DNA of 63,538 nucleotides, filler included, from Welwitschia mirabilis (Eukaryota), in assembly GCA_051453625.1 (NCBI GenBank). It is 6 parts of one record of this genome, joined end to end, with 100 filler letters (N's around TTAATTAATTAA, not from the genome) between each part and the next. Parts side by side here need not be neighbours in the genome. Positions count along the whole stretch, not along the records: positions 11,875 to 35,410 come from JBOZIK010000001.1; 5 more parts are not named here. One strand, 5' to 3'. The notes under the pieces were generated by a model. That model made no database searches, was not told the origin of the DNA, and saw only the letters and a list, made by a program, of their open reading frames with translations. A program made the position numbers and the translations under genes. This document shows positions 13,305-27,400 of this stretch, piece after piece. Within the stretch, counting starts at the first letter, position 1. Each line of letters starts with the position of its first letter.

Positions 13305-14379
13305 TGTTGCGATGTATATTTGTGTAACTGCTTAGGCTTAAAATGATTTTATCATTTATAAAATAAATAAATATCTTATAGAATACAAAACACTAGTATG
13401 AGTGCGAGTAGACCTGAAATGTCATATTTATGTTAAAGTCTATAAGATGAGACTTAGATTGCTTTATAAAAGAATATAGGAAGCAGAAATAAATAATAAA
13501 TGCAAAGAAATAAAGTACAATGCACAATGCAAGATATAACTAATCTAAATAAAATGCAAAATAAACTAACACTACTTGCTTTTAGCCTTAATAAAGACTA
13601 CCCTTGATAATTTATATCACTCAAGAAATTGTCACCAGATCAAGGACAACATAGACTATAAGGTTGATCAGAAAATCTACAATGCAAATATGAAAACAAA
13701 AACAAAGTTTATATGAAGAAAGAGTAATAAGCATCTTAGTTACAAAATAACTGGGTGTCAATAGAGGATACACAATCCTCTACCAAGTGCATGTTTTTCT
13801 GCAACACTTAAGATGTATCTCCTACTTTTTGACCTTATATCACAAGGATTTTCAATGTAATAAAGATAAGAAGGAGAGTTGAAAGGGAATTTATATATAG
13901 GAAAAATATAGCAGAAAAGGACAAATGGTAGGTGTAAAAAGGTGCACTCCTTTATAACTCAGAAATGGATGAAATAGTCAAGGATAGATGTCAGAGTCAT
14001 TTACATATCAGTGTTATCTGGGCTATCATCTAGATGATAAGGGGGGTCACAACACATTATAAAATATTACTTAGATCAATGACTCATCAATGATTTAGTG
14101 ATCCACATTAGTAGATCTTGTCTTTCATGGACATGACGAAGGGAATGACTATTTTCATTGGTTATTTTCTTAAGAAGAAATAAGAATTTTTATTAATAAT
14201 CCTTCTCCAAAACTTTATGCATCATAAAGGGCCTTTAATACATTAGATTTGGATAAGAATCATACTTTTTTTAGATTTTTTATTACATCTTCAAATCTTT
14301 ATAATCCCACCTAAACCTATATAAAATTCCTATAAAATAGCTCACAAATCCACATAAAATAACCTTTGGCAATGTAATA
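13305..14379 (-). repeat. 5' LTR of Athila-type element
   Basis: Adjacent to the PBS at 13284-13301; colinear with 4986-6070; TSD ATGAG follows. Confidence 0.9.
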
Positions 14380-15184
14380 ATGAGGATGAGGAATCTTTCA
14401 ACTAGGATGAAATCCAACATGTTTACTTAATAGAAAATCTTTTTGAAGAGTNNNNNNNNNNNNNNNNNNNNNNNNNNNNNNNNNNNNNNNNNNNNNNNNN
14501 NNNNNNNNNNNNNNNNNNNNNNNNNNNNNNNNNNNNNNNNNNNNNNNNNNNNNNNNNNNNNNNNNNNNNNNNNNNNNNNNNNNNNNNNNNNNNNNNNNNN
14601 NNNNNNNNNNNNNNNNNNNNNNNNNNNNNNNNNNNNNNNNNNNNNNNNNNNNNNNNNNNNNNNNNNNNNNNNNNNNNNNNNNNNNNNNNNNNNNNNNNNN
14701 NNNNNNNNNNNNNNNNNNNNNNNNNNNNNNNNNNNNNNNNNNNNNNNNNNNNNNNNNNNNNNNNNNNNNNNNNNNNNNNNNNNNNNNNNNNNNNNNNNNN
14801 NNNNNNNNNNNNNNNNNNNNNNNNNNNNNNNNNNNNNNNNNNNNNNNNNNNNNNNNNNNNNNNNNNNNNNNNNNNNNNNNNNNNNNNNNNNNNNNNNNNN
14901 NNNNNNNNNNNNNNNNNNNNNNNNNNNNNNNNNNNNNNNNNNNNNNNNNNNNNNNNNNNNNNNNNNNNNNNNNNNNNNNNNNNNNNNNNNNNNNNNNNNN
15001 NNNNNNNNNNNNNNNNNNNNNNNNNNNNNNNNNNNNNNNNNNNNNNNNNNNNNNNNNNNNNNNNNNNNNNNNNNNNNNNNNNNNNNNNNNNNNNNNNNNN
15101 NNNNNNNNNNNNNNNNNNNNNNNNNNNNNNNNNNNNNNNNNNNTTGTTCACATGACAAATAAGAGAACAATTGAAAATTTCATA

Positions 15185-15760
15185 TTAGAACTTAAGGAGT
15201 TATCCAAAAGTCTGAAATATATTTTTCTATCTAATCTAAAGAAACTTTTAATAATAAGTGATCTTCTTACTCCTCAACAAAACTCCAACTTGATCTCCCT
15301 TTTAACTTCTAAAGTAGATGCTTTTTTTTAGACCCATAAAGACTTAGTTACCATCCCTCTTTTCATAGTCCAACATAAAATTTACCTTAAAAAATTGCTA
15401 AATTTGTTGGGTAACCATAATGAAGGATTAATCCAACCCTTAAGCAAGTAGTTAAATATAAAATTATTAAACTTATGGATGCTAAGGTCATCTATTCTAT
15501 ATGTGATAGCAAGTGGGTTAGCTCTTTATAGTAGTTTCAAAAAAGGGTGTAAAATGGAGAATGTGAATTAATTTTAACAAACTTAATGAGATTACCAAAA
15601 AAGATCATTTTCCTTTTCCCTTTCTTAATCAAGTGCTTGATAGAATCCAAGCTCATGTCTACTGTTATTTTATTGATGGGTATAATGGCTATAATAAAGT
15701 TTTCATAGCAAGTAAAAACCAAGCAAAAACAACTTTTACTTCACCCTTTGGAATCTTTAA
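15185..15760 (+). pseudogene. Athila-type reverse transcriptase N-terminal fragment
   Basis: Decayed motifs LKELSKSLKYIFL, RINPTLKQVVK..IIKLMDAKVIYSICDSKWVS, WRM.INFNKLNEITKKDHFPFPFLNQVLDR, YFIDGYNGYN and NQAKTTFTSPFGIF. Confidence 0.85.
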
Positions 15761-16720
15761 ACCTCCCTTTCATTATTATTGCATGTTTGATAGAGTGTGA
15801 GAAGGCTACCAAACCATTTATGCTATGACTCATTTCTATATTATTTAGTGATATCGATGTATATTCTTTTGTTAATATTAACATTTTATACATATTCATT
15901 ACATCATCATAAAGAGCTACATTTACCACATTGATATCACTATAGTAGAACATGAGGAGATAGTTAGAAATAAACTTGAGAAGCTAGTCATTTAGAGATA
16001 TCTTATAATGTCATAGCTAGGGGTACCACACCTTGAAGCTTTATTGTCAATAAGTATCTCTAGAATAGAGGATTTAAGAGATCATTTAGAAGTTCCTTTA
16101 ATATTTTCTCCAACCTACCATAGACACTATACTTTAGATGTTCATAGCCACTACCACATCATCCATTAATATTACCACATTCAAGACCATAAACTATTAT
16201 TTCTATAGGCTTATAAGTTTTTATAGAGGATTTAAATATGCACATGATCTTGATCATTTCAACATCTCTTTGAATTCATCTTAATAATGTTTAATAATAA
16301 TCTACTCATCTCTAATCAACATAGAAATGATTATAGCTAATTAAGTTTAATACCAGCATAGCTTCACTACATGGATCTTCATCTAGAATAGATCTAGAAG
16401 GGTTTTACTTTTAGCATTAATCATGATATTCATCTTCCTTTCTATGTTTATTCATTCTTACCACTTATTTTATAATATTATTTTCTCATGATCCATATTG
16501 AAAGCAACTCGCATTATTTATTAAAAAATAAGTTTGTTTTTCTTCTCATTATATTATTATATTGATGATTAATCAACTAAAAGTTATTGTCTTATCATCT
16601 TAATAATAACTTGATGACCAACTTCTCATTCATATTTCATCATGGATAGCCATGTTTTATGCATTACACCTTGTTACTCTACATTTTTTGACATTTTACT
16701 TTATGAAACTAATATTTTTG

Positions 16721-16980
16721 TTTCTTATGTACTTTGCAGTTATTTTTACTTGTTCTAATTTATTGATCAAAATAAAAATACGTGTATCATAGACAATGAA
16801 TTTTAGTTTTGTATCCATCTTAGTTTTACTTTTATTTCTTATATACTTTGTAGTTATTTTCACACATCCACTTTATTGATCAAAATGAGAATAAGTTTAT
16901 CATAGACAATGAATTTGAGTTTTATGTCCATATTAGTTCTTAAATGAATTTTAGTTTTATGTGCATATTAATTCTTAAAT
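16721..16980. repeat. Diverged ~115 bp tandem duplication plus partial third unit
   Basis: tttcttat.tactttg.agttattt...tttattgatcaaaat...atcatagacaatgaattt.agtttt occurs at ~16721 and ~16836. The tail is repeated again at ~16944. Confidence 0.7.
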
Positions 16981-17976
16981 AAAATATCTTTATAAAATGA
17001 ATGCTGACATGATTTTCATGATGCAAGATGCTAAGCACATTGATACTTTTCTAGTAACATCCTCTACACTAGTAATCAAAAACTTCTTTGAAGGCATTAG
17101 TGATGAATATCTTCATACCATCTTGGCATACATATTAAAGAATCAAACTTTACTATGGTTTATTCCATTTATATGTAAAGGCAAAACATCATTGATGATA
17201 AGGTTGCTTTTTATTTTCTCACCATATATTATACCTTATACATATGAAGCATAATACCACCATAGTTCATTGGAATGTAATGTATAACTTCATTTAGCTA
17301 GAGTATGATGGAATGTAATTATATCATGATGAGATAGAGATGTTACATTATGCTTGTAAATACTTTTGAATCTTTGGTAAGTAGTACTTTTTAAGTTTTT
17401 TCCTTTATATATACCTCCTAATGCTTTCTTCATTTATTCAATTTTTCATTCTTCTCCATCCCTTCTTCTACCCTTACTACCATTTTGTTTTTCATTCTAT
17501 TAATCCTTGTTTTACTCTTTTTCCTATTTGTATAAAACCTTTTCATATTTTATTACTTTATTTCTATAATAGTTTGATTATCATTAATACTAATGTATGA
17601 TGCACTAGTTCATTTGTGGTTAATTTCAATAAATAGTGCTTTATTTTTTAGTGTATTCATTATTCAATTGTGCTATCTCCAATTTTTATTTACATATATA
17701 ATAATGCACTATTTGGTCTGTATGTCAATATTACTACACGAAGAGTGATACAATGCCTTGTCTAATGGATTATAATGTCTTCTATTTTTGAAAAGGGATA
17801 AGGTGTGATTTAATACTCATGAGAAAAATTCTGAGATATAAAACATCTAGTGGGTGTTAAAAAGTTCTCTATCTAGGGGGTATTCCTATTTTAAATATAC
17901 AATCATTATGAAATATTAATTATATCTTCTTTATCACAAATGAACTGTTAAATGTATATGTCATATTAAATGTAAT

Positions 17977-17978
<2 letters not shown>

Positions 17979-18050
<72 letters not shown>

Positions 18051-18196
18051 NNNNNNNNNNNNNNNNNNNNNNNNNNNNNNNNNNNNNNNNNNNNNNNNNN
18101 NNNNNNNNNNNNNNNNNNNNNNNNNNNNNNNNNNNNNNNNNNNNNNNNNNTTTATCACAACTTAACTGTTAAATGTATCTGTGATATTAAATTTAA

Positions 18197-18252
<56 letters not shown>

Positions 18253-18270
18253 TCACTCACTCACTCACTC
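17979..18270. repeat. (CT)n microsatellite on both sides of a gap, followed by (CACT)n
   Basis: Direct reading. The flank tttatcacaa...aactgttaaatgtat is present on both sides of the gap. Confidence 0.95.
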
Positions 18271-21200
18271 ATATTCCCTTTTTTCTCATTTTATTTTTAT
18301 CTTTTTATTAGAGATTACCAAAGAGTTAATGAGATGTGATGATGGACAATGAATTTCTACAAATATATAGTAAAGCCTTATATCATTTGTAATCATTTTT
18401 AGCACATTATATTGATATTTTAACTATTTCTTATTGTTAGGACTATATTATTCAAGTATATGAGTTCATAATTAGTTTTTACGTAATTTAATTTATTTCT
18501 AGAAATATAATTAGATGATGATAAATTTTCCTCATCATTGGTATTTAATTCTAAAAAGGATTCAATGATAAGGGATTTTTCATAATTCATTTCTGTATTG
18601 CCACATCAACATGCCATATTATCTTAACATATAATTTATATTACATAAGCATATCATGTTATCATATAATTTATATTACATGAGCATATCATGTCATCAT
18701 TTTAATAGTTATTTAGGATGATATGTATTCAGATTTGATAGGGATCATTTCCTTCTCTGATCATAATACATGTTAATAGTTTTAATAGTTGATTTAATAA
18801 TTAAAACAATACTTATCATTGGGTTGTTTTTCCATTGATAGCTGAATGATAGTTCAACTTGTATAGTTATAAATTTTTACACATCATTGGCTTATTTTTC
18901 TAAGAATAGCCTAATGATACTTGGTTGTCATTATTTCAATAACTCTTTATAAAACCTCCATAAGAGTTGTAAATTCTTTTAATCTTCCAACTATCCCTCA
19001 TCTTTGTCATCTATTTATACTCCTTGATGTATAACTTTCATAGGCTTTTTAATGTAGAATATAATATGTGATGTTTAGAATCTACCATACAAGAAGGTAT
19101 TTGTAATAAAAGAATTGTCTTCACTTGTGTTCTTCACATTCAAATTTTTCCTTGCTAACTATGAATTACTCTTAAATAAATTTTTTGCCTTATTTCATGT
19201 AAAAATTTTCTACATCTTGTTTACATCGTGAATTGTAAAGACCGAAATGGACATAACCCCTAAATAAAACATAAGCCTATAGTCTATATGAATAATATCA
19301 TAAGGAGGAAATTTTATTATCATACTAAAAAAATTCCCATTCTTTGCATTTATATATTAAATAGCCTTCTAAATTCTATGTTTTTCTAAGAATATAATTT
19401 GATAACCAATATAATTAAATAAGTGTAAAAAATTATTATACTTTAGCTATATTAGATTTCTTCACCATATTATACCACAGTAATTTAGTTGAAACAAAGT
19501 TAACATACCCAAATTATGCATAAGAAAATGCTTATAATATTCCATAATATCTTATGGCCAAATTTTAATTATATATATATGCATGCATATGTTTCATTAG
19601 CTTGTAATGATGTATTCTATAAATAATTAATAGAGATCTATGAAATAAATGCTTAATGTTTATGTAAAATTTATAATGTTGGTTAATTAAATCATAGTTT
19701 ATAAATAACTTATAATCATATATAAGCATAATTTTTTCTTTTAGAGTCCTAACAATAAGATGTACATAAGAGTTTGATCACAATTGATGAAGCATTTTAA
19801 ATGATAAAATTTATAGTTTGATACTACTAGGAGTAAGTCAAAACCTTATTATGAGTAAGGAGTACACTTTACTACTACTCTAATGCTTAGTTGCTTCTTA
19901 ATACTAAAAGGACCTTTTCTAATAAATCAATCTCAACTTTTAATGTTGGTTTGTGTCTTCTTTCTTTATTTCTAGCTTTTAACTCCTCTTTGCTACTTCA
20001 ATGTTTTCATAAGAAGATTGGACTACATTCCATAAATGAAGTAAATAAGAGAGAAAAGGGGAAGGATTCTTATTGGTAGTGATGTTATACAAAGGCAAAA
20101 ACACACAAATATGGAAGGAGCATCTTACTTAATAGAAACGAATGGATATCACAACATAGAAGATCGATTACTAATGCTTCCTATGAAAGAGAGAAGGCAA
20201 AAAAATGCAATGTAACGGTTCAAAAGTTTAACTATTACTTGATTGTATTGATATAACATAGACATTTGTGTTGAACATGCTAGCATTCACATAGATAACA
20301 TTGTACTAGTAGAAAATTATTGGAAGTTATGATAACACTGCAATGCTATAACCCCTAATCCAATTTTGTTTATAACCATAGTAGAGCAAAAGGAGGACAA
20401 GAAGTGTATTTGACCTATGAAACACAGGACGTAAGATCCAAGAGAAGGAACATACAAGAGGAAGGAATTTAATGATTGAGATGGAGGAGATGTGAGCATA
20501 GCTAAAGGTCATCACATGCAGGTAAAGGGAGATCCACAAAAGTAAAGACTACAGTGATTAACAGAAGGGGGTGCAGATGGAAATTATACTAAATGATAGG
20601 GACAAGGCCTTAGAATGCATAATAATTAGGAAGGAATGATACTATTACAAATATGAATAGTGATATTTAATACAATGGTTATGTGAATAGACAGCACTTA
20701 GGATGTTGAAATGAACTATGTGATAGATAGAGAAGGAGTGCGTATAATTCAAATTATAGATGGCAGATCGAACAGCAAGGACATATTTCCTTTACTCTAG
20801 TTCTGATGCTCTCATTTAACTATGTGCATACTTGTTCTATTAACAACATGAGTTAGAGGATGTAATGATAAAGTATGTTACAAAAGAAGAGAGTGATCTA
20901 AGGTTTGAAACTATGCATTACATGCATTTTTCCCTACTCTTGATTGGAGTTACCTACTATGCATTACATGGAATTTCCCTACTCTTAATTTGCATGTTGC
21001 TTCTATTTGCTAAGCCTGTAAATTATGGGAATGGTTTAGTTATTTCATGTATTGCAGTTTTAACATTTTCATTTTCAAATTAACTAAATGATGAACTGAC
21101 AAGAAGCAGATAGGGTATTAGAAAGATGGGTGATTTGAAATCATGTGTTACACTCACTCCACTCCTTTTAATGCTCTGTGCTTATTTTTAAATAGTATGT

Positions 21201-22075
21201 AAATAATTATTAATTCTCTCTACACATTTATTTTAGTAAGTATTTAAATAATTATTGATGCTTCTTAATAGATTTATTTAATATGAAAATAATTAAATGA
21301 TAGGGAGGGAAACTCATGTCTCTTACTTGTTAAATGAATAATAAATAAATAAATATTATTACTACAATCAAGGCATAATAACAATATTTAATACTCATGA
21401 ATAGACTATAAATTTTTAAGAAAATTTTATAACTAACACATAAAATAAATTACCAACTTCATGCTTTAAAAAAATTATTCAAGAAAGATATTTCAAAATT
21501 ACCATTCCATGCATTTTCAAGGTATCATACACAATTAAAGATTTGAGATTATAGATAAAGTTCCTCAAGAAAGGCATGAAGAAAATGTCAATTATTCAAG
21601 GGAAATATTGATTATCTAATACAATATGAATCCTCAAAGTAGACTTCATAATATGCAAATCATACACATAATAGAATGGAGTTTATCTCTCATCACAACA
21701 AAGGAATATTAAGCAAAATATATATTGTGTTCTCATGAAACTCAAGAAAATGATACCAAGTATTATGACAAATAAGAATCTCAATTATTTAGCAAGATTT
21801 TTTTTAAACACTAGATCAAAGATCCTTCACATCCATATGCCCACTTTAGTATTTATACTCTAGAATTTTCACCTGTCACACAAAAGTATGGGATGAGAAC
21901 TGTGAAAATCTCATGGCTTCTAGTATGATCCAGGTAAGACGAGGTAATATGGTAAGGATTTTTAAGAGTTAAAAATAGAAAAGTCAAGAAGAGACTCCAA
22001 GAAACATGATATATCACAAACAATGACCTTATGGTTATGAATGATAATAACCATTATATAATTTTACATATCTCA

Positions 22076-22310
22076 ATCACTTCACTACCTTGTTCGGTGA
22101 TCTGTAAAGCCCACTACTTCATTCAACAATTTGTGGTTCTCCTATAATCATATTTTACTTTACTACCTTATTCAATGATCTATAAAGCACACTACCACAT
22201 TTATTGATCTGTGATTCTCATAAGAATATAAATATATAATCTCATATAGCATTAACTTCACTACCTCATTTAGTGATCTATGAAGCCCACTATTAGCGAT
22301 CTATGAAAAA
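22076..22310. repeat. Degenerate two-subunit tandem repeat (cactacc...tgatct core)
   Basis: About six cactacy..tt...tgatct.t cores arranged as three dimers. Confidence 0.65.
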
Positions 22311-24499
22311 TCATAATCATAAGTTTAAGACATAATGATGATAAGAAAATAAAATAAGATTTGGCCACAAGCTATTAACTCAAAACCATAGATTTCAAAT
22401 AGCATGATAACAAGGTAAATATGATAACGTTTAACCATGAGCTATCAACTCATGCCAAGAATAGATAACATCAAGACATAAAGCATAAAATATGGATGAA
22501 GATAAGACATGTAATAATACTAAATTTATCTTTATCAAGCATCTCAGGATTTAACATTTATCTTGTAAAAATATAAACATGACAATTACATTAATGGAAT
22601 GCATAAAAAAAGGACCAATAAGAAGCAAGACAGGATAGAACCATACTCATATATGTTCAAGATCTTTAAAGATCTTCTAAGTTCCAAAGATTTTGGACCT
22701 TCTAAGCTCTAAGATTTCAAGGAGAGGTTGTTTTAGAAAATAGACTAGACTTAAAGGAGAAAGGAATCTATTTAAAGTAAGAAAGTATGACTAAGGTGAC
22801 AGGACTCAAGAATACAAAAGGAGAGTCAATGGTAAAGGTGAGGATTTCATAATGTCTCATAAAGGCTTGCTTAGCCACTGAGTGCTTTAATAATATAAAA
22901 ATAATGTTTCACATTTGATCATAATCATAATAATAAGGAAAATAAATAACAATCTTCCATAACTTATATTTAAATGCATAGATTCCAAGAAAGTACAAAA
23001 AAAAAAAGTAAATAAAATCATTACCAATGCAAGAACATTCTTAATAATTGTAATTAATATTTTTAATCAAGATAAAAGGAAATTAAGTTACAATTTAAAT
23101 AACAGCATCTCAAAAACATAATATTTAGAATAGTTGAAGATTTCAAAATAATTAAATCTTTATAANNNNNNNNNNNNNNNNNNNNNNNNNNNNNNNNNNN
23201 NNNNNNNNNNNNNNNNNNNNNNNNNNNNNNNNNNNNNNNNNNNNNNNNNNNNNNNNNNNNNNNNNNNNNNNNNNNNNNNNNNNNNNNNNNNNNNNNNNNN
23301 NNNNNNNNNNNNNNNNNNNNNNNNNNNNNNNNNNNNNNNNNNNNNNNNNNNNNNNNNNNNNNNNNNNNNNNNNNNNNNNNNNNNNNNNNNNNNNNNNNNN
23401 NNNNNNNNNNNNNNNNNNNNNNNNNNNNNNNNNNNNNNNNNNNNNNNNNNNNNNNNNNNNNNNNNNNNNNNNNNNNNNNNNNNNNNNNNNNNNNNNNNNN
23501 NNNNNNNNNNNNNNNNNNNNNNNNNNNNNNNNNNNNNNNNNNNNNNNNNNNNNNNNNNNNNNNNNNNNNNNNNNNNNNNNNNNNNNNNNNNNNNNNNNNN
23601 NNNNNNNNNNNNNNNNNNNNNNNNNNNNNNNNNNNNNNNNNNNNNNNNNNNNNNNNNNNNNNNNNNNNNNNNNNNNNNNNNNNNNNNNNNNNNNNNNNNN
23701 NNNNNNNNNNNNNNNNNNNNNNNNNNNNNNNNNNNNNNNNNNNNNNNNNNNNNNNNNNNNNNNNNNNNNNNNNNNNNTTTAAAATAATTAAATCTTTATA
23801 AATATTTCATTAAACTTAATATTTGTAACTTTTTAAAATAAGTAAAATTATAAACATGACATTAATTTACTTATCTCATTACTGATTATTATATATTATT
23901 GATCTCATTATTTTATTACTAATGGTACATAACAAAAGTACTTGTGAAAAAAGTCTTGTAACTCTTGAGTATATGTGTTTCATATTTAGTATGCATTATA
24001 GAAACATATGCATAATGTAGGTATAATCATTATATTACTAAGGACATGACATTTGGATTATTGAAATTGTATTCATACATATTTAGACTCTAGAAATAAA
24101 CTTACAAGATTAAATCTAGGTCATGCCTAGTTAACCCCCAAATGAAGTTCTTATAGCTATTTATTACACTACTAAAGGCCCCTTCCATGAATATTTATCC
24201 TAGTGTACTTGTAGTAGAACATTGTGATTTTTCTTTTATAAAAAATTAGCATCATAATATATAATTATACTAATATTAATGGAATGATTCTAAAAGTCTT
24301 AACGAGATGAAGTGTACAATCTCTTATTAAAGTATTACCAAGTTGACTTCCCATTTCCTAAGCAATCTAAAAGGTTAAGAAATAAAATAAACTTTAAATA
24401 ATTAATATGATTTATTATTCTAGTATTTAATTTACTTCAATACATAGAGTGAAAAAATCCTATTCACCCTGTAAGGACTTCTAAAGTTTTAGGATTATT

Positions 24500-27400
24500 A
24501 TAAATTCTTAGTCTTTACTCATTAACATAATAGAACACTTTTTCATTAGGTGAATATATTTCTCTAGCTCTGTTTCCTTTAATTTTAGTCATCTTATAAG
24601 GTCCAAGTTAATTTTTTTTCATAAGTCCATGTTGAATAAATTGTTTTAAGATTATAACCTATTACTAAATCCTTTACTTTATTGGTTTTTCGAATTTTAC
24701 TTTTATGGAATATCTTTATTTTATCTTAGATTAATTATTTTCATAATAAATCTTCTCCTCTATTTTCATCTAAAATAATTATGTTTTCAGTTCATTCTTC
24801 TTGAGATATAAATTGTAATTCAGTTGCTTACCTAATTTAAAAGTGTTTATTCTAAATTCAATTAGTAGCATTACTTTCTTTCCATAATTCAATTCACATA
24901 GTGTGAATGTTAGATTACTTTTTAATGTTATTCTATAAATTTAAAAATCTTCATTTAATTTCTCAGTATAATCTATTTTATTTGTATTTATAACTTTAGT
25001 TAATATTCTATTTATTTCTTCATTTATTACTTCAACTTGGCCATTACATTAAGGACTGTATGCAATAGTTACTTTATGATGGATTCTATATTTGAGTAAG
25101 AGTTTACTAAAACTTTTACTACTAAAATGGATTTCCCTATTATAAATGAGAATCGTAGATGTTCTAAATGTCTATGTAAGGAAAAGGTAATAATAATTTA
25201 AGAGGTATAAAGGCATGTAGCATTAACCTTTACTCACTTGGCTAGGTAATCAACACAGAACAAAGTATACTTCTTTATATGTGATGAAGGAGAATACTAG
25301 GGACTCTAAATGTCTAGATATTATTTCTAAGAGAAAAGGTAATAATGCTTTAAGAGGAATAAAGACATGTAACCTTAGCCTCTACTCATTTATTTAGGTA
25401 ATCAAAACTAATCAAAATATACTTTTTTCCACGTAATGAAGGATTAATGGAGTCACTAAAATTTATACCCTCTACATTAAATGGTTCATTTTCTTGAATT
25501 CATTATTGCAATACTTCTTCTCTCTAAGATAATGCTTCTTATGTCTAGCAGTTATTACAACTTTAAACATAAACATATGAATTCTTAAATATTATGAATT
25601 AGTAGTATCCTGTATTAAGGATTTTTATTCTTATTCTTCTTAATCCATAATTTTCTCCTCCTTCTCTATCATATTCTTCTTTAATAATCTCTCTTTGTAA
25701 ACGTTTCTTCATAAATCATCTAATGATATAATCTTTTCACTTTCTAAATAGAATCTTAGAATGATAGTTTCTTATTGATTATGAAATTATCTATATTAAC
25801 ATATCTAGTATTTATTTGAATCTTTAAGATATGTTCATCAATGAATTCGTACTTTCATACTTGACATTTATTTGTACTTCTTCGTTAAAAACCAAAACTT
25901 TAATCATTATAGATGATTTACTATCCCATTTGATGTTTCTTTTTTATCAATGATTTTTAGATTAGATTCTTACAACATTAATATCCATCTCATAATTCTT
26001 AAGCTTGCTTCTTTCTATTCATTAGAAATCTAATAGCACTATAATTATTGTGCTCCTTGAGTTTATCTACTAAGATATAATGCCTAAACATTTCTAACCT
26101 CATTACAACTTTATCTATTACATAAGTTAATTGAAATTAATTTAAATTTTTAGTAATATAGGCAATAGCATAAAATTTATTTTCATCATCATTTCATGCT
26201 AAAATAGCTCTTATAGCATGATTACATGCCTCATTCATCATGTAGAAAGTCTTGTCCAGTTAAGCCCTTATAGACTAGGTGCTTCAATTAGTTTATCTTT
26301 TAAAATTTGAAAGGCAATTTGACATTCAGGAGTCTAATCATATTCTATGTCATTTTCCAAAAGATTATTAAAATTTTTAGTATTTTTATTGAAATTAGCT
26401 ATAAATTTATTAAACTAATTCATATCTTCTAAGAAATATCTAAGTTCCTTAAGTTTAATAAAATGTCATACACCCTTTATAGCACTAATATTATACTTAG
26501 TAATTTCTATTTCTTTTTGATAAATTTTATCTTCTAAGACTAGTCATCTTATCACCATAAGATTAATTTTATACTAGCTAAATTTTAATGATTTCTCTTC
26601 ACATCTTTATAACAATTTTAATGACCTAGTAATTCATTAAAATCATTTTCAAATGTTAAGACATCATTCATGAAGCTTTTACTTATCTATGTATTATATC
26701 TTAAAAAAAATACTATTTATTAATCTTTGAAAAGTGGCCAAATCATTACATAAATTAAGACATAATACTTTAAAAGCATAAGTTCACCAATGATAGGAAA
26801 AGTTTATTCTTCTTAATCCTAAAAAGCTATAAAAACCTAGTTATATCCACACAATCATCTAAGAAACTACAATATTGATGCTCAAATATCCTTTCTGAAA
26901 GTAGATTTATAAAAAATAAAGGTAAATTGCTCTTATAAGTTATTATATCCAAAATTCTAAAATCTATAAGAACCCTTCATTTATTAGCCTTTTTAAATAC
27001 CACAGCACTAGGATTAATTCATTCTAAGTTTGATATAGGATGTACACATCTTACATCTAAAATATTAGTAATTTCATCTTTAAGTATTTGAATAAATCTT
27101 ATGTTAACAAATTCCTAAATCTAACTTTCTATTAAGTTTTTTATTATCATAATGAGTTAAATTACTATTAATGATCAAGGATTTCTATGTATTTTTATTC
27201 TTCTTTAAGTAAGATTCTTTATTTCTTAAGTTCTTAAACTATATTACTTATATTTTTCTAATTTTATTATTTTAATATTATATATTCCTCTTGAGTTAGA
27301 ATAGCATTAGTTCTAGTTTCTATATTGGATCATATTTTCTGTATGATAGAAACATCTAATAATTTAATATTTGGTTTAGGTTCTTTGAAGATAATTTATA

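Larger units (their letters stand above)
4986..14379 (-). mobile_element. Athila-type Ty3/gypsy element, apparently non-autonomous (gag + protease only)
   Basis: Homologous ~1.08 kb LTRs at 4986-6070 and 13305-14379. ATGAG flanks both ends (4981-4985, 14380-14384), i.e. a TSD. PBS TGGCGCCATTTCTAGGGA (decayed tRNA-Asp type) at 13284-13301. Athila-style 3' motif gctaagtgaggggcta abuts the LTR. Confidence 0.9.

Noticed and set aside
14423-15170. Long ORFs consisting of X residues (also 1922-2431, 2927-3340, 37438-37751)
   Set aside because: They are translations of N gaps.
19890-21100. Possible decayed CACTA-associated (Ptta/En-Spm) gene with introns
   Set aside because: Only faint motif hints (HCTSRK-like) and no convincing CACTA termini; not supportable without a profile search.
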